A DNA stretch of 64,000 bases from Bacteroidia bacterium (lineage in GTDB: Bacteria > Bacteroidota > Bacteroidia > UBA4408), in the NCBI GenBank assembly GCA_020845635.1, contig JADLFI010000034.1, positions 18,863-82,862 on the forward strand, read 5' to 3'. The translations under genes were made by a program, and so were the position numbers. Position 1 is the stretch's first letter. The number at the start of each line of letters is the position of its first letter. The notes under the pieces are model-generated. The model searched no databases, was not told the origin of the DNA, and saw nothing but the letters and a program-made list of their open reading frames with translations. Below are positions 10,417 through 20,675 of the stretch, piece by piece.

Positions 10417-10462
10417 GGGTTGAGGTGTAATGGTTTTTCTTAGGTTAATTACACATTATTCA

Positions 10463-12142
10463 TTATTCATTTTCATCGTTATTATTATCTTTTTTCCTTT
10501 CAAAACCATTAATACTTCCGCAATCAACACAAGTTAAACCTTCTGGGCGCATGGTCCATTTATGATTAACCATATCGCCATCATAAGTATTACTTACATT
10601 TTCAATATCATAAATTAAAGGCCTTATTTTATTTGAAAGAAACACTGATTTTCCCTCCGGGATTTTTATAACAATTTTCATTCGTTGGGCTCGCCACTTA
10701 GGTTCTGAAGGAAGTTCAAAATAGGGGTTAAAAACAATTATGCTATCTTTTATATTGTATTGATATGAAAGTGCATCGGCATTTAACATAGCATCTTTCT
10801 TATTTCTTCCTTTGGCTATTTTAGTTACAACCAATTGAAAACTATCAGTATTGCTTTTTTGAATATCAATAGTAGGAACTTGTGAGCTTAGCCCTTTTCT
10901 GTTATTTAACCTAAAAAACCAATTGTTGTTTCTGTAATTGAGCCGAACATCTTCATCTAAATCCTCATCACTAGTATTCCAATCAAAGTTGTCGGGTAGG
11001 TTTAAATATAAAGTGTTGATGGTTGTGTCATGTAAACTAAATGTTTCTTTTACTTTATTGGTATGTCTAAACTCATCCGAAATGTCAGATATTAGATATA
11101 TACTTGTGGCTAAACCTATTATCCAAAGTACGGCAGCTATAGCTCCAACCCAATTATTCTTTACTTTTGTCTTAAATATTAATTTTAGAGCTTTGTAAAT
11201 AATCATTAATATTGGAATACCAACTAACAGAAACAAGGAGAATTTACTCAGAGTAAGTTGCCACGGTGCATTAAATATACTTAATAAAAACTCATTAACA
11301 TCCATGGAGCTTATTCCTCTATTATTAATATTTATAATACTGCCATTACCGAAAATTCCGGAGAGCAACACTATTAATAATATAATTCCAACAAAAAGAA
11401 CAATTACTCCTATAAAGTTAACCAGTAAGCGCCCAAAACCTATCATTAATTGTTCTAAAACAGCAACGCTATTTCTTACAAATTCACGAAAAGAATTGCC
11501 ACTTGCCTTAATTCCTTCATTATTTGAAAACCTACTTTTTAGGTCTTCCATTTCTTCCTTTAGCTTTTTCTCAATATTATTTATATTAACTTTTTCACCC
11601 CTCATTTCAAGTTTATCGGCTGTGGTTTTTGCTTCAGGAATAATCATCCATAAAACAATATAAAACAAAAAGCCTGTACCAAAAATAAAAAAGGAACCTG
11701 CAAAAATTAACCGTAACCAAATTGGGTCAATACCAAAATATGCACCAATTCCGCTACAAACACCACCAAACACCTTGTCATCCTTGTCTCTAAATATTCT
11801 TCTAGGTCTTTTTGTTTCTCCAATAGAACCTTCACCTTGTTGTGTGTGTTTGTTTCGGTTATCTGATGTATATTCGTCATCATTCTTAAATACTTCCGGA
11901 TTACCCATAATGGCAATCATTTCGTTTACATCTGCTACGTTAATAACTTGCTTATTATTATTTAGCTTCTCCGAAAATATTTCGGCAATTCTTGCTTCAA
12001 TATCGGCTAAAATCTCGTCTTTACTTTCGTTGTTATTAAAATAGCTTTTAATAGTATTTAAGTAGTTGCTTAAAATATCATAAGCCTGTTCGTCAATATG
12101 AAATACAATTTGACTAATATTTATGGTAAATGTTTTGTTCAT
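10463..12142 (-). CDS. PspC (phage-shock protein C) domain-containing membrane protein with a long C-terminal extracytoplasmic domain
   Basis: The PspC motif DKVFGGVCSGIGAYFGIDPIWLRLIF is present, with TM segments flanking it. The gene is 10 nt downstream of the padR gene on the same strand. Confidence 0.7.
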   Translation of the reverse strand: MNKTFTINISQIVFHIDEQAYDILSNYLNTIKSYFNNNESKDEILADIEARIAEIFSEKLNNNKQVINVADVNEMIAIMGNPEVFKNDDEYTSDNRNKHTQQGEGSIGETKRPRRIFRDKDDKVFGGVCSGIGAYFGIDPIWLRLIFAGSFFIFGTGFLFYIVLWMIIPEAKTTADKLEMRGEKVNINNIEKKLKEEMEDLKSRFSNNEGIKASGNSFREFVRNSVAVLEQLMIGFGRLLVNFIGVIVLFVGIILLIVLLSGIFGNGSIININNRGISSMDVNEFLLSIFNAPWQLTLSKFSLFLLVGIPILMIIYKALKLIFKTKVKNNWVGAIAAVLWIIGLATSIYLISDISDEFRHTNKVKETFSLHDTTINTLYLNLPDNFDWNTSDEDLDEDVRLNYRNNNWFFRLNNRKGLSSQVPTIDIQKSNTDSFQLVVTKIAKGRNKKDAMLNADALSYQYNIKDSIIVFNPYFELPSEPKWRAQRMKIVIKIPEGKSVFLSNKIRPLIYDIENVSNTYDGDMVNHKWTMRPEGLTCVDCGSINGFERKKDNNNDENE

Positions 12143-12152
12143 GGTTTTAGTT

Positions 12153-12491
12153 TTAAGAATTAATATTTTTAGTGGTTTTACTTACAGTTTCTACCAGTTC
12201 TTGCCAAGAGGTGTTAAGTTCTTTTAGAAATGCATTTCCCTCTTCGGTAAGTTTATAGTATTTACGTGGCGGACCGCTGCTTGATTCTTCCCAGCGATAA
12301 CTTAGTACTCCATCATTCTTTAATCTCGTAAGAAGGGGATAGAGTGTACCCTCTACTATGAGAAGTTTGGTTTCTTTTAACCGTGCTATTATTTCTGAGG
12401 GATATGCATCGCCCTCGGCAAGCACAGCTAAAATACATAATTCTAATACGCCTTTACGCATTTGAGCTTTATTGTTTTCTATATTTATCAT
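12153..12491 (-). CDS. PadR-family transcriptional regulator
   Basis: The winged-HTH PadR signature ELCILAVLAEGDAYPSEIIARLKE...EGTLYPLLTRLKNDGVL is present. The ORF track extends to 12554, but the internal Met at 12491 gives a typical 112 aa PadR. Confidence 0.7.
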   Translation of the reverse strand: MINIENNKAQMRKGVLELCILAVLAEGDAYPSEIIARLKETKLLIVEGTLYPLLTRLKNDGVLSYRWEESSSGPPRKYYKLTEEGNAFLKELNTSWQELVETVSKTTKNINS

Positions 12492-12941
12492 TTTAATTCT
12501 TTTAATACTTGACGATGCAAAGATATATGTATTTGTTAGTATTATGCAATACATAGTACTAAAATATTTTTTAAAATATTGATTTTCAGTTTAATAATTT
12601 TTAGAATAGGTATCGTTTATCTAACTAAATTATGTAAACAATATGGTTTTGATGTACGTATTGTTCGGAATTTTAATCGTTATAGAAAGGCTCTACCATT
12701 TGCATTTTATGAGGTTATGAACTTTTGTTTTACACCCTTTGTTCTAGAATTAATCAGAAATTTATTACTGCCACTACTGGTTTGAAGTATCTTTTGTAAA
12801 ATATTACTACTTTTAGGATTTATCGTAATTGCAGACTTAATATTCAAACTAAAATGAAAAGTTTTAGAAAAAAAATAGAGTTGTCTAACATCTTTATTTG
12901 ATTCTTCGTACTTATTTATACACTCTCTAAATCTTTACAAT

Positions 12942-14780
12942 ATGAAAAAACTAATACTTGTTTTTTTTCTTTTTATTTCTTTCAGAGGCTTTTCGCAAGT
13001 TTTTCAACAAGGCGATATTTTTGCCGAAATGAATTTTAATGGATATCATGATTCAACCCTATGTGGAACAATGGGAAATTTAATGTATAATGTAACCATA
13101 AACAATTCTTACCTTGGCGATACCCTTTTAGTTAAAGATGCCGGAACTAATAATCTTCTTTCAATAGAAATAAACAACACCGGGCAAAACCCTTGGATAC
13201 TTAGCTTTCAGCCTTTTAATATGATGCCCTTTGTGCCTGATTATATGACATTAATTCAGGGAACTGCCGATTTTTTTCCTTCACCAATAAAATTAAAAAA
13301 TGGTTTAGACTCTATAGATAACGTTGCTTACTTTTATCAGGTGCCAGTAATTAACCCTTGCGAATATGGAGATTTGAACGGAAGAATTTATATTGACAAC
13401 AATAACGATTGCACATATAATTTGGGCGATGATTATTTTCAGTCATACTACTATATAAGTGTTAATGGTAGTTATTCTAATAATTCTTCAGGGCCTTTTT
13501 ATAATTTTAATGCCGGAAACGAGGGGCTGTTTAATATAAAAGTTCAAAAATCATATTTGAACAATGGTTATATAACTTATTCAAACCCAATGTTACCTTT
13601 CGCATATCCTAATCAATGTTCACCGGCAGTTTATTATTTTGATTTTAATTCTCCATTCCCGCTTAACAATCTTGACTTTACTTTACAATGTACTTCCAAT
13701 GTTGATGTAAGTGTTAGCACCGGTTCAACCGGAACTGTACGCCCCGGTGTTCCATTTTTGTTGTTTCCGCATGCATTTAATGTAGGTTGCGATACTGTTT
13801 CAGGATGGTTAAAACTAGTTTTAGATAGTAGAGTAACCTACAACCCCATCTTAAGCATTAATCCTCCCAACAGCATTAGTGGCGATACATTAATTTGGTC
13901 ATACAGTGCATTAAATAATTTAGGAAGTAACGGTTTTTGGAACAGCATGACTGCTCATGTACACCTGACCCCGGACACCACTGTGAACATTGGCGATACC
14001 TTGTGTTTTTCTACATTTTCTAATATTCCTAATAATGATGTAAACCCGGCCAATAACAACTACACCTATTGTGTTCCGGTAGTTAATTCGTTAGACCCTA
14101 ATATGAAAGAAGTTTCGCCAAAAGGAGTGGGTAATAATGGCGTAATACCGCCAAGTCAAACAGAGTTGACTTATACCATACATTTTCAAAACACCGGAAA
14201 TGCACCGGCTATTAATGTGAGTATAATTGATACTTTAGACGCTGTAATTATTCCTGAAAGCATGGAAATTTTGTTAAGTAGCCATAGTATGACTCCGCAA
14301 TGGTTGAGCGATAGAATAGTAAAATTTAACTTTAACAATATCAATTTAGCCGATAGTATCTCAAACGAACCTGCCAGTCATGGTTTGGTTAAGTTTAAAG
14401 TTAAACTAGCCAACAACTTACCTTTAGGCACGCAAATTAATAATAAAGCTTATATTTACTTTGATTTTAATGCTCCAATAATAACTAATAATGTTTTAAA
14501 TACTATTGATATTTTGAGTTCGGTTAAAGATATTGCTTCAAACAATATTACGGTTTATCCTAATCCTGCTACTGATGAAATTACCATTGGTATTCCTGAT
14601 TATCAAGATAATTCATCGGTTAGGGCTGAGCTTTATAACTTTATAGGCCAAAAAGTAACCACTAAGGATATCCGTCAAAATAAATCAATTATTAGCTTAA
14701 AAGGCTTAAGTAGCGGAATTTATTTTTTACAAATACACAATGGCTCAGAAAGCACTACTACAAAGGTGGTTAAAGAATAG
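12942..14780 (+). CDS. Secreted T9SS cargo protein with a DUF11/CARDB-like conserved repeat domain and a C-terminal T9SS sorting domain
   Basis: There is a signal peptide (MKKLILVFFLFISFRGFSQ). The TIGR01451-like segment LTYTIHFQNTGNAPAINVSIIDTLD is present. The C-terminus ITVYPNPATDEITIG...SGIYFLQIHNG matches a T9SS CTD. Confidence 0.6.
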   Translation: MKKLILVFFLFISFRGFSQVFQQGDIFAEMNFNGYHDSTLCGTMGNLMYNVTINNSYLGDTLLVKDAGTNNLLSIEINNTGQNPWILSFQPFNMMPFVPDYMTLIQGTADFFPSPIKLKNGLDSIDNVAYFYQVPVINPCEYGDLNGRIYIDNNNDCTYNLGDDYFQSYYYISVNGSYSNNSSGPFYNFNAGNEGLFNIKVQKSYLNNGYITYSNPMLPFAYPNQCSPAVYYFDFNSPFPLNNLDFTLQCTSNVDVSVSTGSTGTVRPGVPFLLFPHAFNVGCDTVSGWLKLVLDSRVTYNPILSINPPNSISGDTLIWSYSALNNLGSNGFWNSMTAHVHLTPDTTVNIGDTLCFSTFSNIPNNDVNPANNNYTYCVPVVNSLDPNMKEVSPKGVGNNGVIPPSQTELTYTIHFQNTGNAPAINVSIIDTLDAVIIPESMEILLSSHSMTPQWLSDRIVKFNFNNINLADSISNEPASHGLVKFKVKLANNLPLGTQINNKAYIYFDFNAPIITNNVLNTIDILSSVKDIASNNITVYPNPATDEITIGIPDYQDNSSVRAELYNFIGQKVTTKDIRQNKSIISLKGLSSGIYFLQIHNGSESTTTKVVKE

Positions 14781-14810
14781 TTAATAAGCTATTTATAAAA
14801 TCATGTTAAA

Positions 14811-14850
14811 GATAGCCACAAGAACAAATATTCTTGTGGCTATTTAGTTA
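14811..14850 (+). terminator. Candidate rho-independent terminator after the T9SS cargo gene
   Basis: The hairpin atagccacaagaa-caaata-ttcttgtggctat has a 13 bp stem and is followed by a T-containing tract. Confidence 0.4.
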
Positions 14851-14919
14851 AATTTGTAACGTAATTTATTAGATCTGAAATTTGAACTGAAATATCCTGT
14901 ATTAGCAGTATGTTTTGTA

Positions 14920-17439
14920 TTGCTATTATTATGCTCTGTATGGGCATCATACCCTTCTGTTCAACATTATCAAGGCTTTAATGATTCACTTAAAGTAGAT
15001 TCATTAGTGGAAAATGATAGTGCCAAAATACGGCCTATAAAAAAAGATAGCCTTAAAGTTTCAAAAAATGCCCTTGATGAAAAAGTTAAATATCAAGCTC
15101 TTGACAGTATTGTTTTTGATATTGACAGTCAAAGAGTTTATATGTATGGAAAAGCTGAGGTTGAATATGAAGAAGTAAATTTGAAAGCAGGTGAAATATC
15201 TATTGATCAGCAAAAAAACATTGTTATGGCTCAGGGGATTAAAGACTCCACCGGCAAAACTATTGATGATCCTGATTTTACAGATGGAAGTCAAAACTTT
15301 AAATCAAAACACATCATTTATAACACCAAAACAAAAAAAGGAAAAATAAAAGAAGTAACAACCATTGATGGCGAAAGCTATTTAAGAGGGGAGAGCGTAA
15401 AGAAAGATAGTAATGATGTAACCTACATGCAGCATGGTAGTTACACTACATGTAATTTAGAGCACCCGCATTATTATTTTTCCTTAAGTAAATTAAAAGT
15501 AATACCCGATGATAAAATAGTAACAGGTCCGGCTAATTTGGTTATAGCTGATATTCCCACACCCCTAGCCGTACCTTTCGGTTTTTTTCCTAATAAAAAA
15601 GGTCAAGCTAAAGGAATATTGTTACCAACATACGGGCAAGCCAATAATTATGGTTTCTTTTTAAAAGATGGCGGATATTATACCGGGATTAATGAACATA
15701 TAGATTTAATGTTACGTGGCGATATATATACCCGTGGCAGTTGGGCATTACGCACCGAAAGTCAATACGCTCAAAGGTATAAATATAATGGAAACATGAG
15801 TTTGGGGTATGCTGTGTTTAAACTTGGCGAAGAGGGTTTCCCGAATTATGAAAAACGAAAAGATTTTTTTGTTCGTTGGAATCATGCTCAGGATGCAAAA
15901 GCCAATCCGACCGGACGTTTTAGTGCTGATGTAAACTTTGGTACAAGCAGCTACAATAAGTTAAATGCCACTAATGCAATGGACATTTTGTCCAATACCT
16001 TCCAATCATCAATTCAATACAATAAATCGTTTGCCAATAGTAATTTAACCGTTAGTGCACGACAATCGCAAAACACTTCAACCCATAAATTCGATATTAG
16101 TGCTCCTGAATTGACCTATGCAGTTAATAGATTTTATCCTTTTAAACGAAAAAATAAGGTAGGTTCTAACAAGTGGTATGAAGATATTGGTTTAACTTAC
16201 ACCAATTCCACTAAAGCGCAGATATCAACTTATGACACACTTTTGTATCGAAACAAAGTAAATTGGAGTAGAGATATCAACAAAGGGATGAATCATATCA
16301 TTCCATTAACCACTTCCATAAAACTACTTAAATATTTTACTTTAAGTCCCTCGGCAACTTATTCGGAGTCGTGGTATTTACAGTCGGTTCGAAAATCTTT
16401 TGATACTGAACTTAATCAACTTGTTGTTGACACAATGCATAAATTTTCAAGAGCTAAAGATTTAAATCTTAATGTATCGCTTCGGACTATTGTGTATGGA
16501 ATGTATCAGTTTAAATCCTCAAAAATAAAAGCTATACGCCATGTAGTAACTCCTAATGTAGGCTTTACCTACAATCCGGGTTTAAGCGGCCATCAAACTG
16601 TTATTATGCCTTCCGGCAATGTAGCAGTTCCTTATAGTATTTTTGAAGGTTCATTATTTGGAGTACCTTCTATGCGTAAGTCAGGGAATGTAAATTTTGG
16701 GTTGGTAAATAATTTAGAGATGAAAGTGAAATCTGAAAAAGACACCATAAGCGGATTTAAGAAAATTAAGATTTTTGAAAACCTCAGTCTCGACTCAAGA
16801 TATGATGTGTTGGCCGACTCCTTTAATTTAGCCCCATTTGCCATTAATATGCGAACCGCCCCCGTACAATTTATCAGCATAAACGTTAATGCAGTTGCTG
16901 ATCCATACAGGTTAGACCCAAATAGCGGACGTAGAGTAAATGAAATGATGATTAATCAAGCTAACCAACCGGCTCGTTTAACCACTATGAGCGCTTCAGT
17001 TATTGTTAACCTCAAAAGTAAGCAGGCCAAGCCAAAAACCGAATCAAAATATGCGGAAAAAGAGGAATTAGATGAAATTAACCGATATAGATACCAGTAT
17101 ATTGATTTTAACATTCCATGGACACTAAACCTTAGCTATAATTACATTTACAACCGTCCGGGGTTTAAAACTACAACAACACAAACCATTGCTTTTAACG
17201 GTGATTTTAATGTTACTAATAGCTGGAAAATAGGCTTTAGCTCCAATTACGATTTGGTACAAAAACAATTTACCTATACCGATATCAATGTTTATAGAGA
17301 TTTACATTGTTGGGAAATAAGGCTCAATATGGTTCCTTTTGGTTTCAGAAAAAGCTATTCTATTGATATTAACGTAAAATCAAGTATTTTACAGGATTTG
17401 AAACTAACCCGAAGAAGAGATTGGTACGATTTACAATAA
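14920..17439 (+). CDS. LptD-like outer membrane protein (OstA-like N-terminal domain plus large C-terminal beta-barrel region)
   Basis: The N-terminal segment YQALDSIVFDIDSQRVYMYGKAEVEYEEVNLKAGEISID...AQG has the OstA/LptA-fold pattern. The 839 aa length and beta-rich C-terminal region fit Bacteroidota LptD homologs. Confidence 0.45.
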   Translation: MLLLCSVWASYPSVQHYQGFNDSLKVDSLVENDSAKIRPIKKDSLKVSKNALDEKVKYQALDSIVFDIDSQRVYMYGKAEVEYEEVNLKAGEISIDQQKNIVMAQGIKDSTGKTIDDPDFTDGSQNFKSKHIIYNTKTKKGKIKEVTTIDGESYLRGESVKKDSNDVTYMQHGSYTTCNLEHPHYYFSLSKLKVIPDDKIVTGPANLVIADIPTPLAVPFGFFPNKKGQAKGILLPTYGQANNYGFFLKDGGYYTGINEHIDLMLRGDIYTRGSWALRTESQYAQRYKYNGNMSLGYAVFKLGEEGFPNYEKRKDFFVRWNHAQDAKANPTGRFSADVNFGTSSYNKLNATNAMDILSNTFQSSIQYNKSFANSNLTVSARQSQNTSTHKFDISAPELTYAVNRFYPFKRKNKVGSNKWYEDIGLTYTNSTKAQISTYDTLLYRNKVNWSRDINKGMNHIIPLTTSIKLLKYFTLSPSATYSESWYLQSVRKSFDTELNQLVVDTMHKFSRAKDLNLNVSLRTIVYGMYQFKSSKIKAIRHVVTPNVGFTYNPGLSGHQTVIMPSGNVAVPYSIFEGSLFGVPSMRKSGNVNFGLVNNLEMKVKSEKDTISGFKKIKIFENLSLDSRYDVLADSFNLAPFAINMRTAPVQFISINVNAVADPYRLDPNSGRRVNEMMINQANQPARLTTMSASVIVNLKSKQAKPKTESKYAEKEELDEINRYRYQYIDFNIPWTLNLSYNYIYNRPGFKTTTTQTIAFNGDFNVTNSWKIGFSSNYDLVQKQFTYTDINVYRDLHCWEIRLNMVPFGFRKSYSIDINVKSSILQDLKLTRRRDWYDLQ

Positions 17440-17493
17440 ATTAAACACTATATCAGTTACAAATTTTATAACTTAGCAGAAAAATAACTAATC

Positions 17494-18567
17494 ATGACAA
17501 AAGTTCACAATTTTAGTGCCGGACCGGGCATATTACCTCAAGAAGTATTACAACAAGCAGCAAATGCTTGCATTAATTTTGATAATTTAAATCTTTCTTT
17601 ATTAGAAATTTCGCACCGTAGTAAGAACTATGAAGCTGTGATTCAAAATGCACGTGCACTTGTTAAAGAGTTGCTTCATTTAGACGATGATTTTGAAGTA
17701 TTGTTTTTAGGAGGAGGAGCTAGTTTACAGTTTGCAATGGTTCCATACAATTTATTAAGAACCAATGGTAAAGCGGGTTATGTAAACACCGGAGTTTGGG
17801 CAAGTAAAGCCATAAAAGAGTCAAAAATTATCGGTTCTACCGAAGTTATTGCATCAAGCGAAGATAAAAATTTCAACTATGTGCCTAAAGATTATACTAT
17901 TCCTACCGATTTAGATTATCTTCATATAACCAGTAACAATACTATTTATGGCACACAAATAAAAAAGTTTCCAAAAACATCGGTGCCTTTGGTGTGCGAT
18001 ATGAGCAGCGATATATTTAGTAGAGAGGTAAACGGGAATGATTTTGCTTTGATATATGCCGGTGCCCAAAAAAATATGGGTCCGGCAGGTACTACCATGG
18101 TTGCTGTTAGAAAAAGTATCTTAGGAAAAACCGAGCGCAAAATGTTGTCAATGCTTGATTATAACGTTCATATTAAAGGAGCCTCAATGTATAATACACC
18201 TCCAGTTTTTCCAATTTATGTTTCTATGTTAACCATGGAGTGGCTTAAAAATAATGGTGGTATTAAACATATTGAAAATATTAATAATAAAAAAGCCAAT
18301 TTGCTTTACACCGAAATTGACAGAAACTCAGCATTTAAAGGCACTGCCGCAATTGATGATAGAAGTAATATGAATGTTACATTTATTATGGATAAACCTG
18401 AGTTAGAACCAATTTTTGATAAAATGGCTAAAGAAGCAGGATTAAGCGGAATACGTGGTCACCGTGATGTAGGGGGGTACAGAGCATCGTTATATAATGC
18501 CTTGCCGTTAGAAAGTGTTCAGGCTTTGGTTGATGTAATGCAACATTTTGAAAAAACCAATGGGTAA
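17494..18567 (+). CDS. serC: 3-phosphoserine aminotransferase
   Basis: The N-terminus MTKVHNFSAGPGILPQEVL is characteristic. The ORF is a class V aminotransferase of 357 aa and is followed by serA. Confidence 0.9.
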   Translation: MTKVHNFSAGPGILPQEVLQQAANACINFDNLNLSLLEISHRSKNYEAVIQNARALVKELLHLDDDFEVLFLGGGASLQFAMVPYNLLRTNGKAGYVNTGVWASKAIKESKIIGSTEVIASSEDKNFNYVPKDYTIPTDLDYLHITSNNTIYGTQIKKFPKTSVPLVCDMSSDIFSREVNGNDFALIYAGAQKNMGPAGTTMVAVRKSILGKTERKMLSMLDYNVHIKGASMYNTPPVFPIYVSMLTMEWLKNNGGIKHIENINNKKANLLYTEIDRNSAFKGTAAIDDRSNMNVTFIMDKPELEPIFDKMAKEAGLSGIRGHRDVGGYRASLYNALPLESVQALVDVMQHFEKTNG

Positions 18568-18646
18568 TCTTGTTAATTGCTTGAACCTACTGCTATTTAT
18601 AACTTTCCTAAAATTTTAATATTAACTAAATACTTCATATAAATTT

Positions 18647-19609
18647 ATGCAAAAAATTAAATTATTGGCAAATGATGGAATTGATGAAATAGGTAAAAAA
18701 ATGCTTGAGGCAAAAGGGTTTGAAATATGTACCACAAAAGTGCCGCAAGAAATGCTGATAGAAACAATTAACAAAGAAGGATACCAGGTATTAACCGTTA
18801 GGTCGGCCACAAAGGTTAGAAAAGACCTCATTGACGCTTGTCCCGGATTAAAATTCATTGGACGTGGAGGCGTAGGAATGGATAATATTGATGTGGAATA
18901 TGCGCGAAGCAAAGGAATAACCGTGTGTAACACTCCTGCCGCTTCATCTATATCTGTTGCCGAGCTTGTTTTTGCTCATTTGTTTGGAATAAATCGTTTC
19001 TTGTTTGACAGTAACAAACAAATGCCTCAACATGGACATGATAGTTTTGAGTCGCTTAAAAAGAAATATGCCAAAGGGGTTGAATTAAAAGGTAAAACTA
19101 TTGGTATTATTGGTGCAGGGCGTATAGGTCAAGCGGTAGCCAAAATAGCATTAGGCATAGGTATGAAAGTGATGTTTAACTCACCTTTTAGTGAAAAAAT
19201 AGAGCTTATTTTGGATATTGAAGGTATAGTGGAGAAACCTAAAGTAACATTACCATGTTTGAGTTTTGATGAGGTATTATCAAAAAGTGATTTTATTACT
19301 CTTCATGTTCCCGGAGGCAAGCTGATTGGTGCAGAAGAAATTGCTAAAATGAAAAAAGGAGTTTGTTTAATTAATACTTCTCGTGGAGGAGTAATAGACG
19401 AAAAGGCCTTAATTGAAGGCTTAAACAGTGGTCATATTGCACACGCAGCCTTAGATGTTTTTGAGAATGAGCCTAAACCTGACCTTAATTTATTAAAGCA
19501 CCCCGAAATTTCGTTAACCCCTCATATAGGAGCTGCCACTGTTGAGGCGCAAGAAAGAATAGGAGTTGAATTATCGGAATTAATTATCAATCATTTCTCT
19601 AAAAATTAG
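18647..19609 (+). CDS. serA: D-3-phosphoglycerate dehydrogenase (short form, D-isomer-specific 2-hydroxyacid dehydrogenase family)
   Basis: The NAD-binding motif GIIGAGRIGQAVA and the catalytic region are present. The gene sits immediately downstream of serC. Confidence 0.7.
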   Translation: MQKIKLLANDGIDEIGKKMLEAKGFEICTTKVPQEMLIETINKEGYQVLTVRSATKVRKDLIDACPGLKFIGRGGVGMDNIDVEYARSKGITVCNTPAASSISVAELVFAHLFGINRFLFDSNKQMPQHGHDSFESLKKKYAKGVELKGKTIGIIGAGRIGQAVAKIALGIGMKVMFNSPFSEKIELILDIEGIVEKPKVTLPCLSFDEVLSKSDFITLHVPGGKLIGAEEIAKMKKGVCLINTSRGGVIDEKALIEGLNSGHIAHAALDVFENEPKPDLNLLKHPEISLTPHIGAATVEAQERIGVELSELIINHFSKN

Positions 19610-19661
19610 ATATCAATATTAGCATATTATTTTTTTTGATAACAAATTATTTTTTGCTAAA

Positions 19662-20036
19662 TTGCTCGATAATATTAAACAAAACAACATGGAAATAGAT
19701 AAAGCTATTGCCGGATATCATATATTGGTTATTTTAAGTGAGGTTGACGGATATTTTGATGCCACTGAAAAAAAGGTAGTGTCACAATACATTAAAGAAA
19801 ATCATCGCTCATTAGTTAATCTTGAAGTTCAAAACAGAATATTGAGTACATTACCACGTGAGTTGTACATGGAACATTTTGAAAAAGTAGCGAACGATTT
19901 TTATTGGCAATCAACCATTGAAGAAAGGAATAAATTAATTAATTGTGCCTTTAAGCTAATTAAAGCTGATAATAGAATTTCTAAAGAAGAAAACAAATAT
20001 ATTGATACCCTTTATAATTTGTGGGATTTAAATTAA
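19662..20036 (+). CDS. Hypothetical small helical protein, possibly TerB-like (tellurite-resistance TerB / DjlA N-terminal domain fold)
   Basis: The 124 aa protein is helical, with SEVDGYFDATEKKVV and KADNRISKEENKYIDTLYNLW segments resembling TerB-family repeats. The assignment is weak. Confidence 0.3.
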   Translation: MLDNIKQNNMEIDKAIAGYHILVILSEVDGYFDATEKKVVSQYIKENHRSLVNLEVQNRILSTLPRELYMEHFEKVANDFYWQSTIEERNKLINCAFKLIKADNRISKEENKYIDTLYNLWDLN

Positions 20037-20072
20037 CAAGATATTCATTAATTTTGATATATAATATTACAA

Positions 20073-20654
20073 GTGCTTAAATTAAAATTACCAACCGATC
20101 CAAGATGGGTAAATATTGTAGAAGAGAATATTCCTGAAATACTTACTGACCATGCTTGGTGCGAACAAAAGGCTGCTTCAAATGCGATATCGCTTACGGT
20201 TAATTTTCCTGAATACCCCGACTTGGTGAATGCTATGCTCGACTTGGCACAGGAAGAGCTTGAACACTTTAAAATGGTTCACGAAATTATTAAGAAACGG
20301 AATCTTAATTTAGGTTTTGAGAGAAAAGATGAATATGTAAATGAACTGTACAATTTTGTTCGCAGAGGACACAAAAGAAACATTGTATTGGTTGATAAAT
20401 TACTTTTTTCTGCAATGATAGAAGCCCGCAGTTGTGAGCGTTTTAGAGTATTGTCTGAAAATATAAAGGATAAAGAATTAGCCGAATTTTATCATCAACT
20501 AATGATTAGTGAAGCTAATCATTATACCCTGTTTATTAAGTTTGCCAAAAAATATGCCAATGGAATAGATGTAGATAAAAGGTGGCAGGAATTTCTTGAT
20601 TTTGAGGCAAGCATTATTACTAAGTACGGAAAAAAAGAAACTGTTCACGGTTAA
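20073..20654 (+). CDS. miaE: tRNA-(ms2io6A37)-hydroxylase MiaE-like ferritin-fold di-iron protein
   Basis: The 193 aa protein has HAWCEQKAASNA and ELEHFKMVHEII motifs and paired E..H di-iron ligand motifs. These are characteristic of the MiaE family. Confidence 0.55.
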   Translation: MLKLKLPTDPRWVNIVEENIPEILTDHAWCEQKAASNAISLTVNFPEYPDLVNAMLDLAQEELEHFKMVHEIIKKRNLNLGFERKDEYVNELYNFVRRGHKRNIVLVDKLLFSAMIEARSCERFRVLSENIKDKELAEFYHQLMISEANHYTLFIKFAKKYANGIDVDKRWQEFLDFEASIITKYGKKETVHG

Positions 20655-20675
20655 AAAATATTATTGTTTTATCGC

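Noticed and set aside
10938-12044. ORFs on both strands inside the PspC-domain gene (10938-11198, 11304-11663, 11707-11916, 11775-12044)
   Set aside because: They overlap the PspC-domain CDS. Their translations are Ser/Leu/Ile-rich mirror-frame artefacts with no start context.
12579-12785. 68 aa ORF upstream of the PadR gene
   Set aside because: It has no signal or motif and lies in the AT-rich divergent promoter region. It is probably a chance ORF.
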